Shown: positions 40,692-53,547 of the stretch, in pieces
Position numbering within the stretch: position 1 is the stretch's first letter
Layout of the letters: each line of letters opens with the position of its first letter
DNA from: the human T2T-CHM13v2.0 reference genome, Homo sapiens
Direction: 5' to 3' (one strand)
Assembly: GCF_009914755.1 (NCBI RefSeq)
Contig: NC_060932.1
DNA: 64,000 bases
Notes under the pieces: generated by a model
What the model was told of the DNA's origin: nothing
The model's database searches: none
Seen by the model: the letters and a program-made list of their open reading frames with translations, nothing else
Position numbers and translations under genes: made by a program

Positions 40692-41920
40692 CTTTTATTT
40701 TATATTTTAAATGTATTATTTGGAAACAATTCCAAATATACAGAAAAGTTGCAGAAACAGCACATTTGAGCCGTTTGAAAGTAAGTTGCTGGTATTTTTC
40801 CTTATCATTCCATGAATGCTTTACTGTAGTAATCCTATAACCACAATATGAACATCAAAATTGTGAAACAAAATACTGAAGCAATACTACTATCTCATCC
40901 TCAGACCCCATTTATGTTCATCCACTAGTCCTAACAATGTCTTTTCTAGCAAAAGGAGGCAGTTCTGAGTCACTGGTTGCATTGAATTGTCATGGCTATT
41001 TATCTTCCTTCAATCTGCAACAGATTCTTGTCCTTGACATTCATGAACTTGGCATTTTTGAAGATTACAGGCTAGTTATTTTTTTTTAATGGCCCTCAAT
41101 TTGAGTTTTTCTGATGTATTCTCACAATTAGGTTCAAGTTATGCATCTTTGGTGGTAACATCCCAGAAATGATTCTGTGTCCTTCTATCTGGACTTTGCA
41201 GGTGGCACAAAATTTCAATTTGTCTCATTCAAGGTGATGTTAGCTGGAGAAACCTGGCAGACACACCAGAGTAAATTACTCATTTTTCTTTTGTAATATG
41301 TAGGTATTTCATAAGAAGGTACTTTGAGACTGCATAAATATCTCAGTCCTCAAAAAACTTTCCAGTTATTTGTTAATTTATTTATATTAATGTGAACTCA
41401 GATTCCTGTCTCATTCACTGAGTTATAATCTGTTATCACTCTTCTTGATATTCAGATTATTCCAGATTTAGCCAGTGGGAGGTCCATCCAGCAGGCTACT
41501 AGGTCCTACAGAAACATCCCCATCATTCTTTGAGGCTTACTTTTTGGCACAACATGTTGTTGCAGGCTCAACTTGTACTTTGCCTGCCCTAGTTCTGAAA
41601 TCTGTAATTTCTCTAAAGATCACTAGTTTCTTTTAGTGGAAAATGGTATTTAGGAACCAACATCTGGGCACTAGGTGTGCTCATAGCGATGGCTCACTGC
41701 TGCTGATACCCACCCACCCTCCCTACTGCAGACACCTTTTCACCCCCTCAGGCTTCAATACCTTAGGATTGTACAGACACCTCTTCATCCCACTTGGGCT
41801 CCAACATCCTTCCTGAACCACCAAAGCATCCCTCTCCTATTCCACAATACCTAGGCTGAGTGAACACCTACCTTCTTCAGCCCTATCTAATGGCTTTTGG
41901 GCTAACATGGTCCAGAAGGA
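40692..41920 (-). mobile_element. L1MC4/5-like 3' region
   Basis: tacagaaaagttgcag, ttggcatttttgaagattacaggc and ttttagtggaaaatggtatttaggaacc. Confidence 0.75.
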
Positions 41921-42369
41921 TAGAAGAGGACTGAGCCTGCCTTTAGATGATGCCATTTGCTAATTCTTTCAGGCTTGCAGGAAAGGACACTAAAGAGCTC
42001 CCACATTATTCGTTTCTATTTTCTATACATTTTCTGAGATGCACCAGAGCCCACCATACCATTCTGGTGCATTTGGCCAGTGTCCAAAAGATAATGGCAG
42101 CACCAATCAGACAAAAAACTCATTGAAGTAGCTGCTAGAGGACTTTTAAACATCAGAACTTACCCAGGGAAAAAATAAGTTCCCTCGGTAGAGTAGGATG
42201 CAGTGAAGAATGGAGTAGAATGCAGTGAAACACACTGCCCCCGACCCATTTTTCAGGAAAAAATAATTGTATCAAAAACTTCAAATCAAAAAATTTCATT
42301 TAACATGATGGCATTACTGTTTTACAAGTAGGAATAGTGTGGCTAGTGGAGGAGAAAACTGGTATCGGA

Positions 42370-43295
42370 AAAAATGGAAACAGCTCAGCATGGGATTTGG
42401 AGTTATTTGAATCAGATCTGGTGACACCTGTGCCACTTAACAGCTGGATGACCTTAGGCAAGTCACAGAACCTCTGTGAACCTAGACTTCTCACTTGTAA
42501 AATGAGGAAGTGATAGAAAAGGAACAATAATAACCATGAATTGGATCATTTTGCTCCTTTGCTTTCAAAACCCTCCATAGGCTTTCCACTCCCTTAGCAA
42601 TTTGCCTTGGTTTTGAGGACCCTTTATTTCACTTTTACCCTCACCAATGTAGTCTGATCACTCTGATTGATTTCTATTCTTTGAATATACCGGCTCCTTC
42701 CCTCCGTGGGGCTTTGCATTTGCTGTTTCTTCTGCCTGAGACACTCTTCTTGTCACTTAGGTCTCTACCCAAATGTCACCTCCTTAATTTGAAGCCATTC
42801 TCTTACTCTTCAGGCACCCACCATCATCATAACAGCCTGTTTCATTTTCACCATAGCACTCATCACTATCTAAAGGATCACATTTTGGCTTATTTAATCA
42901 TTGTCTACTGTTCTCATTAGAAAGAATATGAGTGCCGTAATGCTGATTGTATCCCTAGTACCTCGGACAGTGGCTGGCACATGGTAGGTGTGTAATAAAT
43001 ATGTATGGCATAAATGAATAAATGAATGCTAGCTATTACAGATGGTTTGATGAGAATCAAATGAGATAATATAAGTAAAATATTTAGCACAGAATCTGGT
43101 AGATAATAAGTCAATAACATTGTGGTATAATAAAAAATATCAGGGAAACTGAATTCTAGCCTTGGCTCTGTTTCCAGCAAGCAGGGTAACTTTGGGCAAG
43201 CCATAAAATTCTCTAAGCTTTAGTTTCCTCATCTATAAATCCTGCAATGTAAATTTGAGTATTTCTCAGGTATCTTCCAGGATTCAAGTTCAATA
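42370..43295 (+). mobile_element. MIR / L2 / MIR cluster
   Basis: MIR cores gaccttaggcaagtcac and ttagtttcctcatctataaa; L2 tail ctggcacatggtagg...taaatgaataaatgaatg. Confidence 0.7.
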
Positions 43296-43456
43296 GTTTT
43301 TTTCTATCTCATGGTCAAAGTTTCCAGTCCTGTCCAACGATAAATTAGTCCTTTGTTGGTAAAAACTGAACTACTGTTGCCTAAGCAGCATCTCTGAAAG
43401 GCTGACTGTGGTACTGCTGGGGTATTTTGGATCTGGTGTCCATTTGCTAACTATAC

Positions 43457-43583
43457 TTTTATTTTTTATTGACAGGGTGTCACTATGTTGTCCAGGCTGG
43501 TCTTGAAGTCCTGACCTCCAGATATCTTCCTGGCTCAGCCTCCCAAGTAGCTGGGATTATAGGTGTGAGCCACTGTGTCTAGC
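43457..43583 (-). mobile_element. FLAM (free left Alu monomer)
   Basis: Single monomer gacagggtgtcactatgttgtccaggctggtcttga...gtgtgagccactg, with TSD tgctaacta(c)tactttt. Confidence 0.88.
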
Positions 43584-44404
43584 ATGCTAACTACTACTTT
43601 TAATTCAAATTTACAAAGGACATTCTCGCCAACTCTACAGGGTCCCAGCATTTCCACTCTACCTCAACTCTCTCCCCTACTCTAATTTCCAAAGAAAAAA
43701 CAGAGGCTGGCTTTAGCTTTACAGTCATTTGGCTTGGGCCACAGTGAAATATTTATCAAAACAGAATCCAGAGAAACCTCAGAAAAAGCAGTAAAATCTG
43801 GCATTTCACTCAGATATATTTAGTGAAATTTCAAAACCCTAGATGAAAATCTACAGTCCAAGAGACATCAGTTTATCTCAAAAGAGAGAGTTCCTAAAAA
43901 CACTATTAAAGCAAAGGACCAAACTGTGGCTTATTCATTTTGTTATTTAAAAAAAAATGCAGAAGTCCATACTTAACCACTCAGAAACCCATAATAATCT
44001 CCTCAGTGACACCAAACTCAGTGACTTGGCAATAATTCACCCTTGAAAAATGACTCCTGGGCAACAAGTTTGAAAACAATGCAATGTGTCTTATAGACAA
44101 AGCTGTGTCATGGCACAGTCTGCCAAACTCCAGTTGCGAGTCTGTAATTCATCTTGTTACCTTGATAGTCCAATAAAATATATGATCTATCTACAAAGAA
44201 ACAAACACAAAAGAAGGATAAACATCTCTTCCATTCAGCTTGCTTTCATTTCTTGATTTGCTAAAGCCATTCAAGCCAATCTGGCTGCTGGCCTATGCAG
44301 CACCTAGCTTCAGTCAAATTAGTTTTAATGCTTCCAACAGCCTGCTTCCTTTACCCTTTTCTCCTGCAACAGATTACAAATTCAGTGGCAGAAAGAGGTT
44401 TGGA

Positions 44405-44565
44405 TCCTTGCTATTCAAAGTCCCTAGACCAGTAGCAATGGCATCACCTGGGATCTTGCTGGATATGCAAAATCTCAGACAACTCTTCAGATTTATTAAA
44501 TCAGAATCTGCATTTATAGGATCCCCAGGTAATTAACATGCACACTAAAGTTTGAGAAGCACTAA
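44405..44565. mobile_element. MER5A1-like MITE
   Basis: ggcatcacctggga...aatcagaatctgcatt...aagtttgagaagcact. Confidence 0.82.
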
Positions 44566-44817
44566 GTTAGAGTTAAGCCTTTGAGGCATTTGAAATAAAT
44601 AAACTTAGTCCATATTAATTTGGAATAAAGGAGAATAGATTATTAGGTTTGTTTCTCATAGAGCAATAACTTATAATTGACCCCATGGGGGTTTCTGTGA
44701 TATTATTTTGGGCTTATAATTTATTTTTTCTTTCTATTTACTAGGATTTCTCATAATCCTGGGGCAGGTTAAAAACAAACAAAAAAAACAAAACAAAAAG
44801 ATGTATTGCCAAATACC

Positions 44818-45010
44818 TGTGATGTAGTAGTAAATTGGCTTTATGAAGGGGAAGAGCCCTGATTCATACCTTTTGCCAATTTCCATGGTGTAAATACTTC
44901 TTCACAGTCCATTTCAGACTGCCAACAGTTTAATAGCTGGCATACAAAATTCCTGAAAATTTAACAATTGGCTTTTATAAACTCTTATGAACTACTCTAA
45001 CACATCACTG
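44818..45010 (-). mobile_element. MER63-like hAT-Blackjack element
   Basis: gccaatttccatggtgtaaatact...caaaattcctgaaaatttaacaattggc...cacatcactg. Confidence 0.75.
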
Positions 45011-45289
45011 AAAGACCCTCAAAAAGGAAACCTCTTTTCAAGTCATGGCCACTTTTCACTAAAGCCTCTTCGAAATGAAATGACACCAAGTTAGACCTTC
45101 TAAACATGATTTTCATTATGCCATACCTCTGCTCCAGAACCTAAGAAACTATTAATTACTGAGCACACATATCCAATCTCCTTTTCCTGGTTTTTTGACT
45201 TCCTCTCATCTCATTGCACCCCACTTATTCCACTTCCTTGTCTAGATCTCCTTAACATGGCACTAGACTTCCCACTTCTGTTTCCTGCA

Positions 45290-45562
45290 ACCTATCAACT
45301 CCTGAAGTCATGACCAAGGAAGCATGTGACTCCAGTTGTTGCTGGCATCACTTTCCACAATGAGGGACAGAACTGCTGCCGGACAGAACTAGCACTGCAA
45401 ATGGCAGATGACAGAATGGAAAGAATCTGGGTGTTGATAATATATTCGAGTTTCTGGATCTACCTTTTCCTGAAACTTGCTCTTCTTATGAGCTTTCTGT
45501 TATATGAGCCAATAAATATCCAATTTTTATACCTACAACTGAAAAACAAACCTAATAACAGT
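45290..45562 (+). mobile_element. MLT1J/K-like LTR 3' fragment
   Basis: ctttctgttatatgagccaataaat...ctacaactgaaaaacaaacctaataaca. Confidence 0.55.
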
Positions 45563-45729
45563 GGGTCTAGAAGGTAAGTTCCTTATTGGCACAACAAGCT
45601 ACTGTAAATTCAAATGAGGGCATCACAAACGCAGCCTATCAGCCCTGCAATCTCAGGAAGAGAGAAACCACCTGGAAAGATATTACTAAGAAGTCAATCA
45701 TGATAATAGTGTGGTACAGTAGTTCACAG

Positions 45730-46030
45730 TCTCACTGATACGGAAAGGATCTTAATGGTCTCCTCTACTTCCACTGAAAAAAAATCCATGACAGGAAATG
45801 ACCAGCCTCTTATACTTAATGGAACTTCATGTCCTTCCAAGGCAGTACATCCTATTATTTTAAATTATTTGTAATGAGCTAAAATATGCCTTTCTTTAAT
45901 TTCCAGTCACTAGTTGTAATGATATTCTCTTAAGCCACGCATTTAAAAATCTTGAAATATACAAAAATATTGATCATGGCTCTCTTCTAACCATCTTATT
46001 CTCAAGTTTCCAGACTGCTCACCACCTCTC
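45730..46030 (-). mobile_element. L3/CR1 remnant
   Basis: ccttccaaggcag...tgagctaaaatatgcctttctttaatttccagtcactagtt. Confidence 0.45.
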
Positions 46031-46169
46031 ACCTATGAATAGAAGGACAGAACCCAATGGCTTGCCTCTAGACACACCCCCCGACTTTGACATCAGCTTA
46101 TATTAATCTACTTTCTTTGCATATATCTATTACAAATCTAAAGTTTCTCTAACTTGACCACAAGAATAT

Positions 46170-46540
46170 AGTATTAGTTAAGGTAACGCCAGTTTCTATA
46201 ACCAATAACCCTCTGATTTCATTGGTGTAATCCAACAGAAATTTTTATTTCTCCCTTGCATAGATTCAAAGGCAAGGTTCTGATTGGTGACAATGCAGGG
46301 TCCCAGTAGCCTTCCATCTTGTGGCTCCACCAACTTCACTGCATGGTTTCCAAAGCCACCATGGAAACAGTATGAGGAGAGCACCTGGTGAAATGTGTGG
46401 TTTGGGCCAAATTTGGAATTGGTGCACATGACTTCTGCTCATACAGTCATTTTATTTCCCATAACCCAGAGACTTACCTGTGTAACCAGAAGGAAGAGGA
46501 TAGAAGTTTGGTGAATAGTGAGCCAATCTCTGTCACAAAT
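46170..46540 (-). mobile_element. MLT1J-like LTR
   Basis: gtattagttaaggtaa...ccttccatcttgtggctcc...ggtgaatagtgagccaatctctgtcaca. Confidence 0.7.
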
Positions 46541-46794
46541 ACCACATTAAAATGTCTAAACATCTGTCTAAATGTCTAAACATGTACAGAAATCCAAATT
46601 ATCCATAAGGACAGTCAAGGATTCGCCTAATTTTGAAAGAAGAATGATATCGCACAGAAAATAGGTATGGCAGCACACATATTTCATAAAAACAGAAAAT
46701 GTTTTGGTACAGAATGGGAAACACCAAAGGAAGAATGACTCCAAAAGGCTTCTTAAGGCGTGTGTTAGGAATGCCCACTTCTTCTCAAGCATAA

Positions 46795-47645
46795 GAAAGT
46801 GGGCGAAGGATATGAACAGACACTTCTCAAAAGAAGACATTTACGCAGCCAACAAACATATGAAAAAAAGCTCATCATCACTGGCCATTAGAGAAATGCA
46901 CATCAAAACCGCAATGAGATACCATATCACACCAGTTAGAATAGCAATCATTAAAAAGTCAATAAACAACAGATGCTGGAGAGGATGTAGAGAAATAGGA
47001 ACACTTTTACAGTGTTGGTGGGAGTATAAATTAGTTCAACCATTGTGGAAGACAGTGTGGCGATTCCTCAAGGATCTAGAACTAGAAATACCATTTGACC
47101 CAGCAATCCCATTACTGGGTATATATCCAAAGGATTATAAATCATACTACTGTAAAGATACATGCATACATATGTTTATTGCAGCACTGTTCACAATAGC
47201 AAAGACTTGGAACCAACCCAAATGCCCATCACTGACAGACTGGATAAAGAAAATGTGGCACATATATACCATGGAATACTATGCAGCCATAAAAAAGGAT
47301 GAATTCATGTACTTTGCAGGGACATGGATGATGCTGGAAACCATCATTCTCAGCAAACTAACCCAAGGACAGAAAAGCAAACACCACATGTTCTCACTCA
47401 TAAGTGGGAGTTGAACAATGAGAACACATGGACACAGGGAGGGGAACATCACACACCAGGACCTGTTGTGGGGTGGGGGGCCAGGGGAGGGATAGCATTA
47501 GGAGAAATACCTAATGTAGACAATGGGTTGATGGGTGCAGCAAACCACCATGGCATGCGTATACCTATGTAACAAACCTGCATGTTCTGCACATGTATCC
47601 CAGAACTTAGAGTATAATTTTAAAAAATGTTTAAAAAAGAAAAGA
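46795..47645 (+). mobile_element. 5'-truncated L1PA (L1PA6/7-like): ORF2 C-terminus plus 3' UTR
   Basis: The ORF reads [15 protein letters not shown]...[12 protein letters not shown]...MFSLISGS, followed by an L1PA 3' UTR and A-rich tail. Confidence 0.97.
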
Positions 47646-47764
47646 GCAACAGCAGATTGAAAGTAAAAACACTTATTTTTGGAAATGATTTTCTATTGCC
47701 TAAATAATTTGTAAGGAATAGCAATGCTGTGCTGTGTTATTCCCACATTACTCATAATTATTTG

Positions 47765-48865
47765 TCACTTAATAAATTGAAATAGATCAAAAAGGGTAAA
47801 TTGATAGGTTTGACTGGATGAAAATAAAAGCTTTTGTATGTTAATAAACAACATAAATGTTTTAGGAACATTCTTGCCATGATTATGACGAAGAGCTAAT
47901 ATCCCTAAAATATAAAGAACACTTGCAAATAATGAAATAATAAAAAATACTCTGATAAAAAAAAGAACATTATTAGATATTTCACAAAATACAAAGTATC
48001 AGTAAAATAAAATAGTTTAACTCAATGGCAATCAAAGCAAAAAAAAAAGAGAAAGAGAAAAGTTACCCATTTTTTACAAATCAAGTTGGCAAAGCTTTTT
48101 TTAAAGGTTAAAATACATGTTGGAAAGAATGTGCTAAATGGAATACTATGCAGCCATAAAAAAGGATGAGTTCATGTCCTTTGTAGGGACATGGATGAAG
48201 CTGGAAACCATCATTCTCAGCAAACTATCGCAGGGACCAAAAAACCAAACACCACATGTTCTCACTCATAGGTGAGAATTGAACAATGAGAACACATGGA
48301 CACAGGAAGGGGAACATCACACACTGGGGACTGTTGTGGGGTGGAGGGAGGGGGGAGGGATAGCATTAGGAGATATACCTAATGCTAAATGACGAGTTAA
48401 TGGGTGCAGCACACCAACATGGCACATGTATACATATGTAACAAACCTGCACATTGTGCACATGTACCCTAAAACTTAAAGTATAATAATAATAAAATTA
48501 AAAAAAAAGAATGTGGTAAACTTAGCATTCTTATCTAGACCTTTTTGACATAGGTATGAAGAAGCTTAAACTTGCTCTCCAATCTAAAACTTTCATATTC
48601 AGGAGTCTACCTTAAAAGAATAATCAGAGAAGATCACAGAGATTCAGGTGCAAGGATGTTCATCACAGCATTATTTTTAATGATGAAGATGGAAATAACC
48701 ATTGTGTCAAAAACATTGCATAATTAAACCATGGCACATTTATACAAGAGAATGCACCCATTAAAAGTCATGTTTTTGAAAAATAATAATGAAATAATGT
48801 ATTATGGGGAACAAATTAGGATATAAAATAATATATATTCATGATGCTAATTTTAGAATATATAC
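47765..48865 (+). mobile_element. Ancient L1M (L1ME-like) interrupted by L1PA3/4
   Basis: caaggatgttcatcacagcattattt and aaatcaagttggcaaag. Confidence 0.6.
48139..48505 (+). mobile_element. Short 5'-truncated L1PA3/4
   Basis: ggagatatacctaatgctaaatgacgagttaatgggtgcagcacaccaacatgg. TSD aaagaatgtgctaaa (48124-48138) / aaagaatgtggtaaa (48506-48520). Confidence 0.95.
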
Positions 48866-49695
48866 GTGTGTGTGTTCAGCAGTACATAACATGTCTATGA
48901 TAAAAAGCAGTTGGAATGCTTGATGAAGGGAAAGAACTAGAGCTTTCAAAACAGCTGCCAAAAATTTTTGGAACAAACTAAATTCAAATTATTTTCATTT
49001 TTTACCTATCTGTTGGTGATAACATCGTGCTTACTATGCCCTTAAAGCCTGAAAATTTTAGCAGTTGATTCATGAACAGTGTTGTAAACCACAACGGAAG
49101 TTGCCAAGGAAGTGTGCTGGACTCCATTTCTCTTAAGATGAGGAAAGCAAACAGCATCAAATAATTCAAAGGAATGTTTTAAATCCAAGGACTTTTATTA
49201 GGGAACACAAGTTCATCTTCACCACATTTTGATGTAAAAGCAATATGAATCCAAGATCAATTCCTCTTTTGGTAAAGATGCCTTACTTCCTGAGAAACCC
49301 TTGTTCGGAAGGGACAGGAATCCTAGGGGCCCAATATTCAATCCAAGTAGTCAGATGTGGCTACTGTCTCTTTGCAGAGGAGGAGGTAGAAAGTCGAATC
49401 AATTGGTTAAGTGTCCCATACTCTGCCACTGAGACAACTACAGTTTTGCTGCTAAAAGCAGAACACAGACTTCCAGTGCCAGGGCCTGCCAACTAGCAGG
49501 CGTCTCAGAACCCAAGGCCTAATGGGTTATCAATGCCAGCAAGAGTTCTGGGAACCAAGGCCCCACACTGCCACCAGCAAGGCAGCAGAGGGTGAGGATT
49601 CTTCTCTCCCGGCCTCACTCTCTTGGACTCTCTACCCCAGAGTAGGCCTACGTTCCCAGCATCAGAGCAGCTTGTTGACACAGCTCTTAAAATTG

Positions 49696-49722
49696 ACACA
49701 CACACACACACACACACACACA
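49696..49722. repeat. (AC)n microsatellite
   Basis: Read directly from the sequence. Confidence 0.95.
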
Positions 49723-51607
49723 TGCACTCACCCTCAGTCATTTCATGCCAGATGCTCTGCCAAGGCACGTTAGCCAGAGGAGTTTCAACATCAGCAACCT
49801 CCCCTCTGACAACCCCAGTGTAGTGTGACACCCAGATCACTAGCCATGAGAACAAGTCAGAGCCTCAAAGAGAAACAGAATATGATTGGTTGCCCCTTAA
49901 GAGGTGTTAAGCAAATCTGCCCATCACTTTCAGCTTTGTATAATAATAAGTTTTGGAGAGCCTATGACCAATGTCACCCATCTACAGACCTCCAGGTTTC
50001 TCTAAGCCCCAAACTCTGGAGTCGGTAGGTATTGGCTTTATATCTACTTAGCTAAAAGAGGCTACTCAAGTGGGTCTTCCCAGAATAAAGAAGTTTTGCT
50101 CCAAGGTGAAGAAATCACAAAAGCTGGAAATAAATGGCCAACTTTAAAGGGCAGTTTTTCTTAAAAGAAAAAAAAAAATAGATTTAACTTCCATTTCATA
50201 TAGCCCCTTGTACCTTAAAGCAACTTTTCCAGATCAAACAAGCAGATCAATAGATAATTTTTGTGACAAATAGATTTTCCAGGCTGGAGTTTAATCATCT
50301 AGGACTAAGCCGTGGTAAACAAAAACTCATAAACTCATCTCTTTGAGGTCAGTGTTTGACACCAAGGTACTGCCTAGAGTGCTCTGCTGTCACACCTGAG
50401 TCTTTTTATCCCTAAGATGGGTCACAATGCTTCCTGACTCAGGACGCTGTGAAAAATGCTTGCTGTAATGCCTGCACTGTTATGGCCCAGTACCTGGCAC
50501 AAGGAAAGGGCTTGTAGTTTCTTTCCCTACTTCCTGTGCCTGCCATCTAGCCACCCTCTTCCCAAAACCCTCCACATCACTCTCCTGTAAAAAAAAAATG
50601 CTGGTCCAAACAGCATATGCCTTCTTCACATTGTGTTCTTCAAATTCTATCATAAATTTTTCCCCTCCAAGTAAAATCCTAGCAAAGCCCCACAATGCAT
50701 ACCGAGCAAATTGGTGAATGTGTTCCTGAAAGAGCCTGCCTGAAGCCCCATTGCCTAGTGAAAAATAGTTGCTAGCAAAATGCAATCCAAGCATCTCTGA
50801 GGACCCCAGTTGCTTGAGACAGTCCTGAATGAATTGTGATTGGATTCTACTGTATTCACAGGAGGAGAAGCAGGTTGGAGCTTTCATTGGTTCAGCCTTA
50901 AACCACCTTGGAATTTGGCAACACAAGCAGTCTCTGCAAGTGAGGAAAGCCCCCAGGGCTGAGCCGAGCACACCACCTGTCTCCATTAAATCTGGTGACA
51001 TACAGAACCATTTGTTCCTTGCAGTTCTCAGCACAAAGCTACAGTTATTTTTAATTCAAAAAAATACGGTACCATCCAAATGATGTCTCCATTTTTACCT
51101 AAGCCAAGCTCTGAAGGCCCAGTCTCACATTAAAGGGAGAAATCTCCTGCCTGTATTAGCTGGTGAATTCACTACTCAGAATGGACCAAGAAATCTGAGT
51201 GGGTTTCTGTTATTCAAGATTCCATTCTCCTGTTTCTGAACAGCCCTCAGTCTATTACCCCACACTTCGTAATGATGATACTGTTACTTCAACATAATTT
51301 TTAGCTTTTCAAAGCCCTTCAACATTTATTTCATTTGACTAGAAGAAACTCTAAAAAACACATAGTTTGGGAGAGAGTATTATGTTAATTATCATATCTT
51401 TTAATGAAGACATAAGTAAAACCCAGGTCATCTGATTCTCAGACGGGGCCAATGGCTATGAGAGCCCAGGGTGGCTTCTGCCTGGCAAAAAAAGACACAC
51501 CTCAGAAGGGCTTTTTAATTTCTTCCAGCATGAAACTTCGTCTTGGTAACTACTACCAGATAATGGATGACATTTCATTACATTTTGTGATACATCTAGA
51601 ATTTCCC

Positions 51608-51684
51608 ATATTGAATCATATGAAATAACTAATGTTTGGCTGTTTTTGACTTACAAAAACAATTTCATATGATTTGACCTAATA
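51608..51684. mobile_element. MADE2 mariner MITE
   Basis: ttgaatcatatgaaat...tgtttttgacttacaaaaacaatttcatatgatttgacctaata. Confidence 0.75.
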
Positions 51685-52659
51685 CTTTACAACTTTCAGC
51701 CTTCTGCAGGCCAGACAGGCCCAAGCTCTTAGATTGATTTCAGGCCTGAAAAATGTAGAAAGTAGAAATAAATCTAAGTGTGTGTGTGTGTGCACACACA
51801 TGTGTTTACAGATAATAGAGCATACATCATTTAGCTTAGCCATTTAGGTACAACCCTCAAAGTGCTCTCAGAGTAATACTACAAATAATAATAATGAAGA
51901 GAAGGAGAAGAAAGATGAGGAAAAGCCGCTCCATGAACATTAAGTAACTTACCTGTAACTTTCCAATCACTGATTTATCTCTGTAGTAACTTAGCTATCA
52001 CAGATCATTTCTTAGCCCAAGTCCCTACTTATTTCAGTTTCTACTCTCCAGATTCTTAGAATGTAGCAAATAACCTCTTTAATGCCTTCTACTTTTTAAT
52101 AAGGAAATATGGAGATTTTGTTCATGTATTTACATTGCTTCTGCTGGTTTCTACTTTTTCTTCCAACCTCTTTTCACCCATAATGATCTTTTAATTGCAT
52201 TGTGTATTATTGCATTGTAATAGTGCTATAATAACAAAATATTTCCTTGCAAATTTTCCATCAATGGTACTGCCTGCCCCCTCCTGGAAGGCAGATTTCT
52301 ACCATCAAAAGAGTCTGAATTTTTTGTAGAATTTTTGTGGCCCCAACCCAAAAAGCTCTATCTACTCCAAAAAATTGTTTTGGTTGTACAGGCTAACTAT
52401 TTTCTAGCAGTATATTACTCTACACAGTTGTTAAGTTTCAGGGCTCAAAGCCTAACATGTGGTTTAACAGAAACTAGGCTGCTCCTAGGAAAGCATATGA
52501 CAGAATTCTGCTTCTATCATTGTTGTAACAGAATTTTTTGAACTCAGAAAACCCCCATAAACCCACTAAGTTGCATCAACTGTGTTTGCTACAATGCTGT
52601 TCAAATCTGCCCCCTCACCCAATGCCAAAAATCTTTCCCTTGAGGTGTCCTAAAGATGT

Positions 52660-53071
52660 TGCCACAGTTTAAATATGGTTTTTCTGCTCCAATACTCAGG
52701 CTGAAATTTGATTATTGTTGTGGCAATGCTGCAAGGTAGGGCCTAATAGGAGGTATTTGGGTCATGGGGACAGGTCTCTTATGAGTATATTAATGCCATC
52801 TTACAGGAGGGAGTTCACTCTTGAAAGACTGGATTAGTTGTTATAAAGTGAGGTCCCTCCCTGTGTTTGCCTCCTTGCACATGCCCGTCTGCCTTTCTGC
52901 TTCTGCCATGTCTTGATGCAGCAGATGGCCCTCATCAGAAGCCAAAAAAATGCTGGAACCATACCCTGGGACTTTCCAGACATCAGAATCATGAGCTAAC
53001 TAAACCTCTTTTCTTTATGAATTGTCCAGCCTCAGATACTCTGTTACAGCCACACAGAATGGACTAAGACA
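52660..53071 (+). mobile_element. MSTB-like solo LTR
   Basis: TG...ggactaagaca ends and a 5-bp TSD gatgt / gatat. Confidence 0.88.
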
Positions 53072-53170
53072 GATATGAAGCACGAGATGTCAGTGTGTAT
53101 CGTGGTCTTCAGCTTGACTCCTCCTGTCTGCAGCATCATTCCTTCTCTCAGACAGTAAAGGTTACATGGT

Positions 53171-53547
53171 TGATATAGATTGGCTCTGTGTCCAAACCCA
53201 AATCTCATCTCAAATTGTAATCCCCATAATCCCCATGTGTCAAGGGCAGGACCTGGTGGGAGGTGATTGGATCATGGGGGCAGTTTCCCCCATTCTGTTC
53301 TCATGATAGTGAGTTCTCATGAGATCTGATGGTTTTATAAGGGGCTCTTCCCACTTTGCTCATTTGCTCTCTCTTGTCTGCTGCCATGTAAGACATGCCT
53401 TTGCTTCTCTCTCATCTTCCACCGTGACTGGAAGTTTCCTGAGGCCTCCCTGGCAACGTGGAACTGTGAGTCAATTAAACCTCTTTCCTTTATAAATTTC
53501 CCAGCCTCAGGTATGTCTTTATAGCTGTGTGAGAATGGACTAATACA
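53171..53547 (+). mobile_element. THE1C/D-like solo LTR
   Basis: tgatatagattggctctgtgtcc...gaactgtgagtcaattaaacctct...ggactaataca. Confidence 0.93.

Noticed and set aside
50480-51034. 184-aa minus-strand ORF and other 100-170 aa ORFs in unique or LTR sequence
   Set aside because: No recognisable domain or splice structure; the lengths are compatible with chance given alternative start codons.
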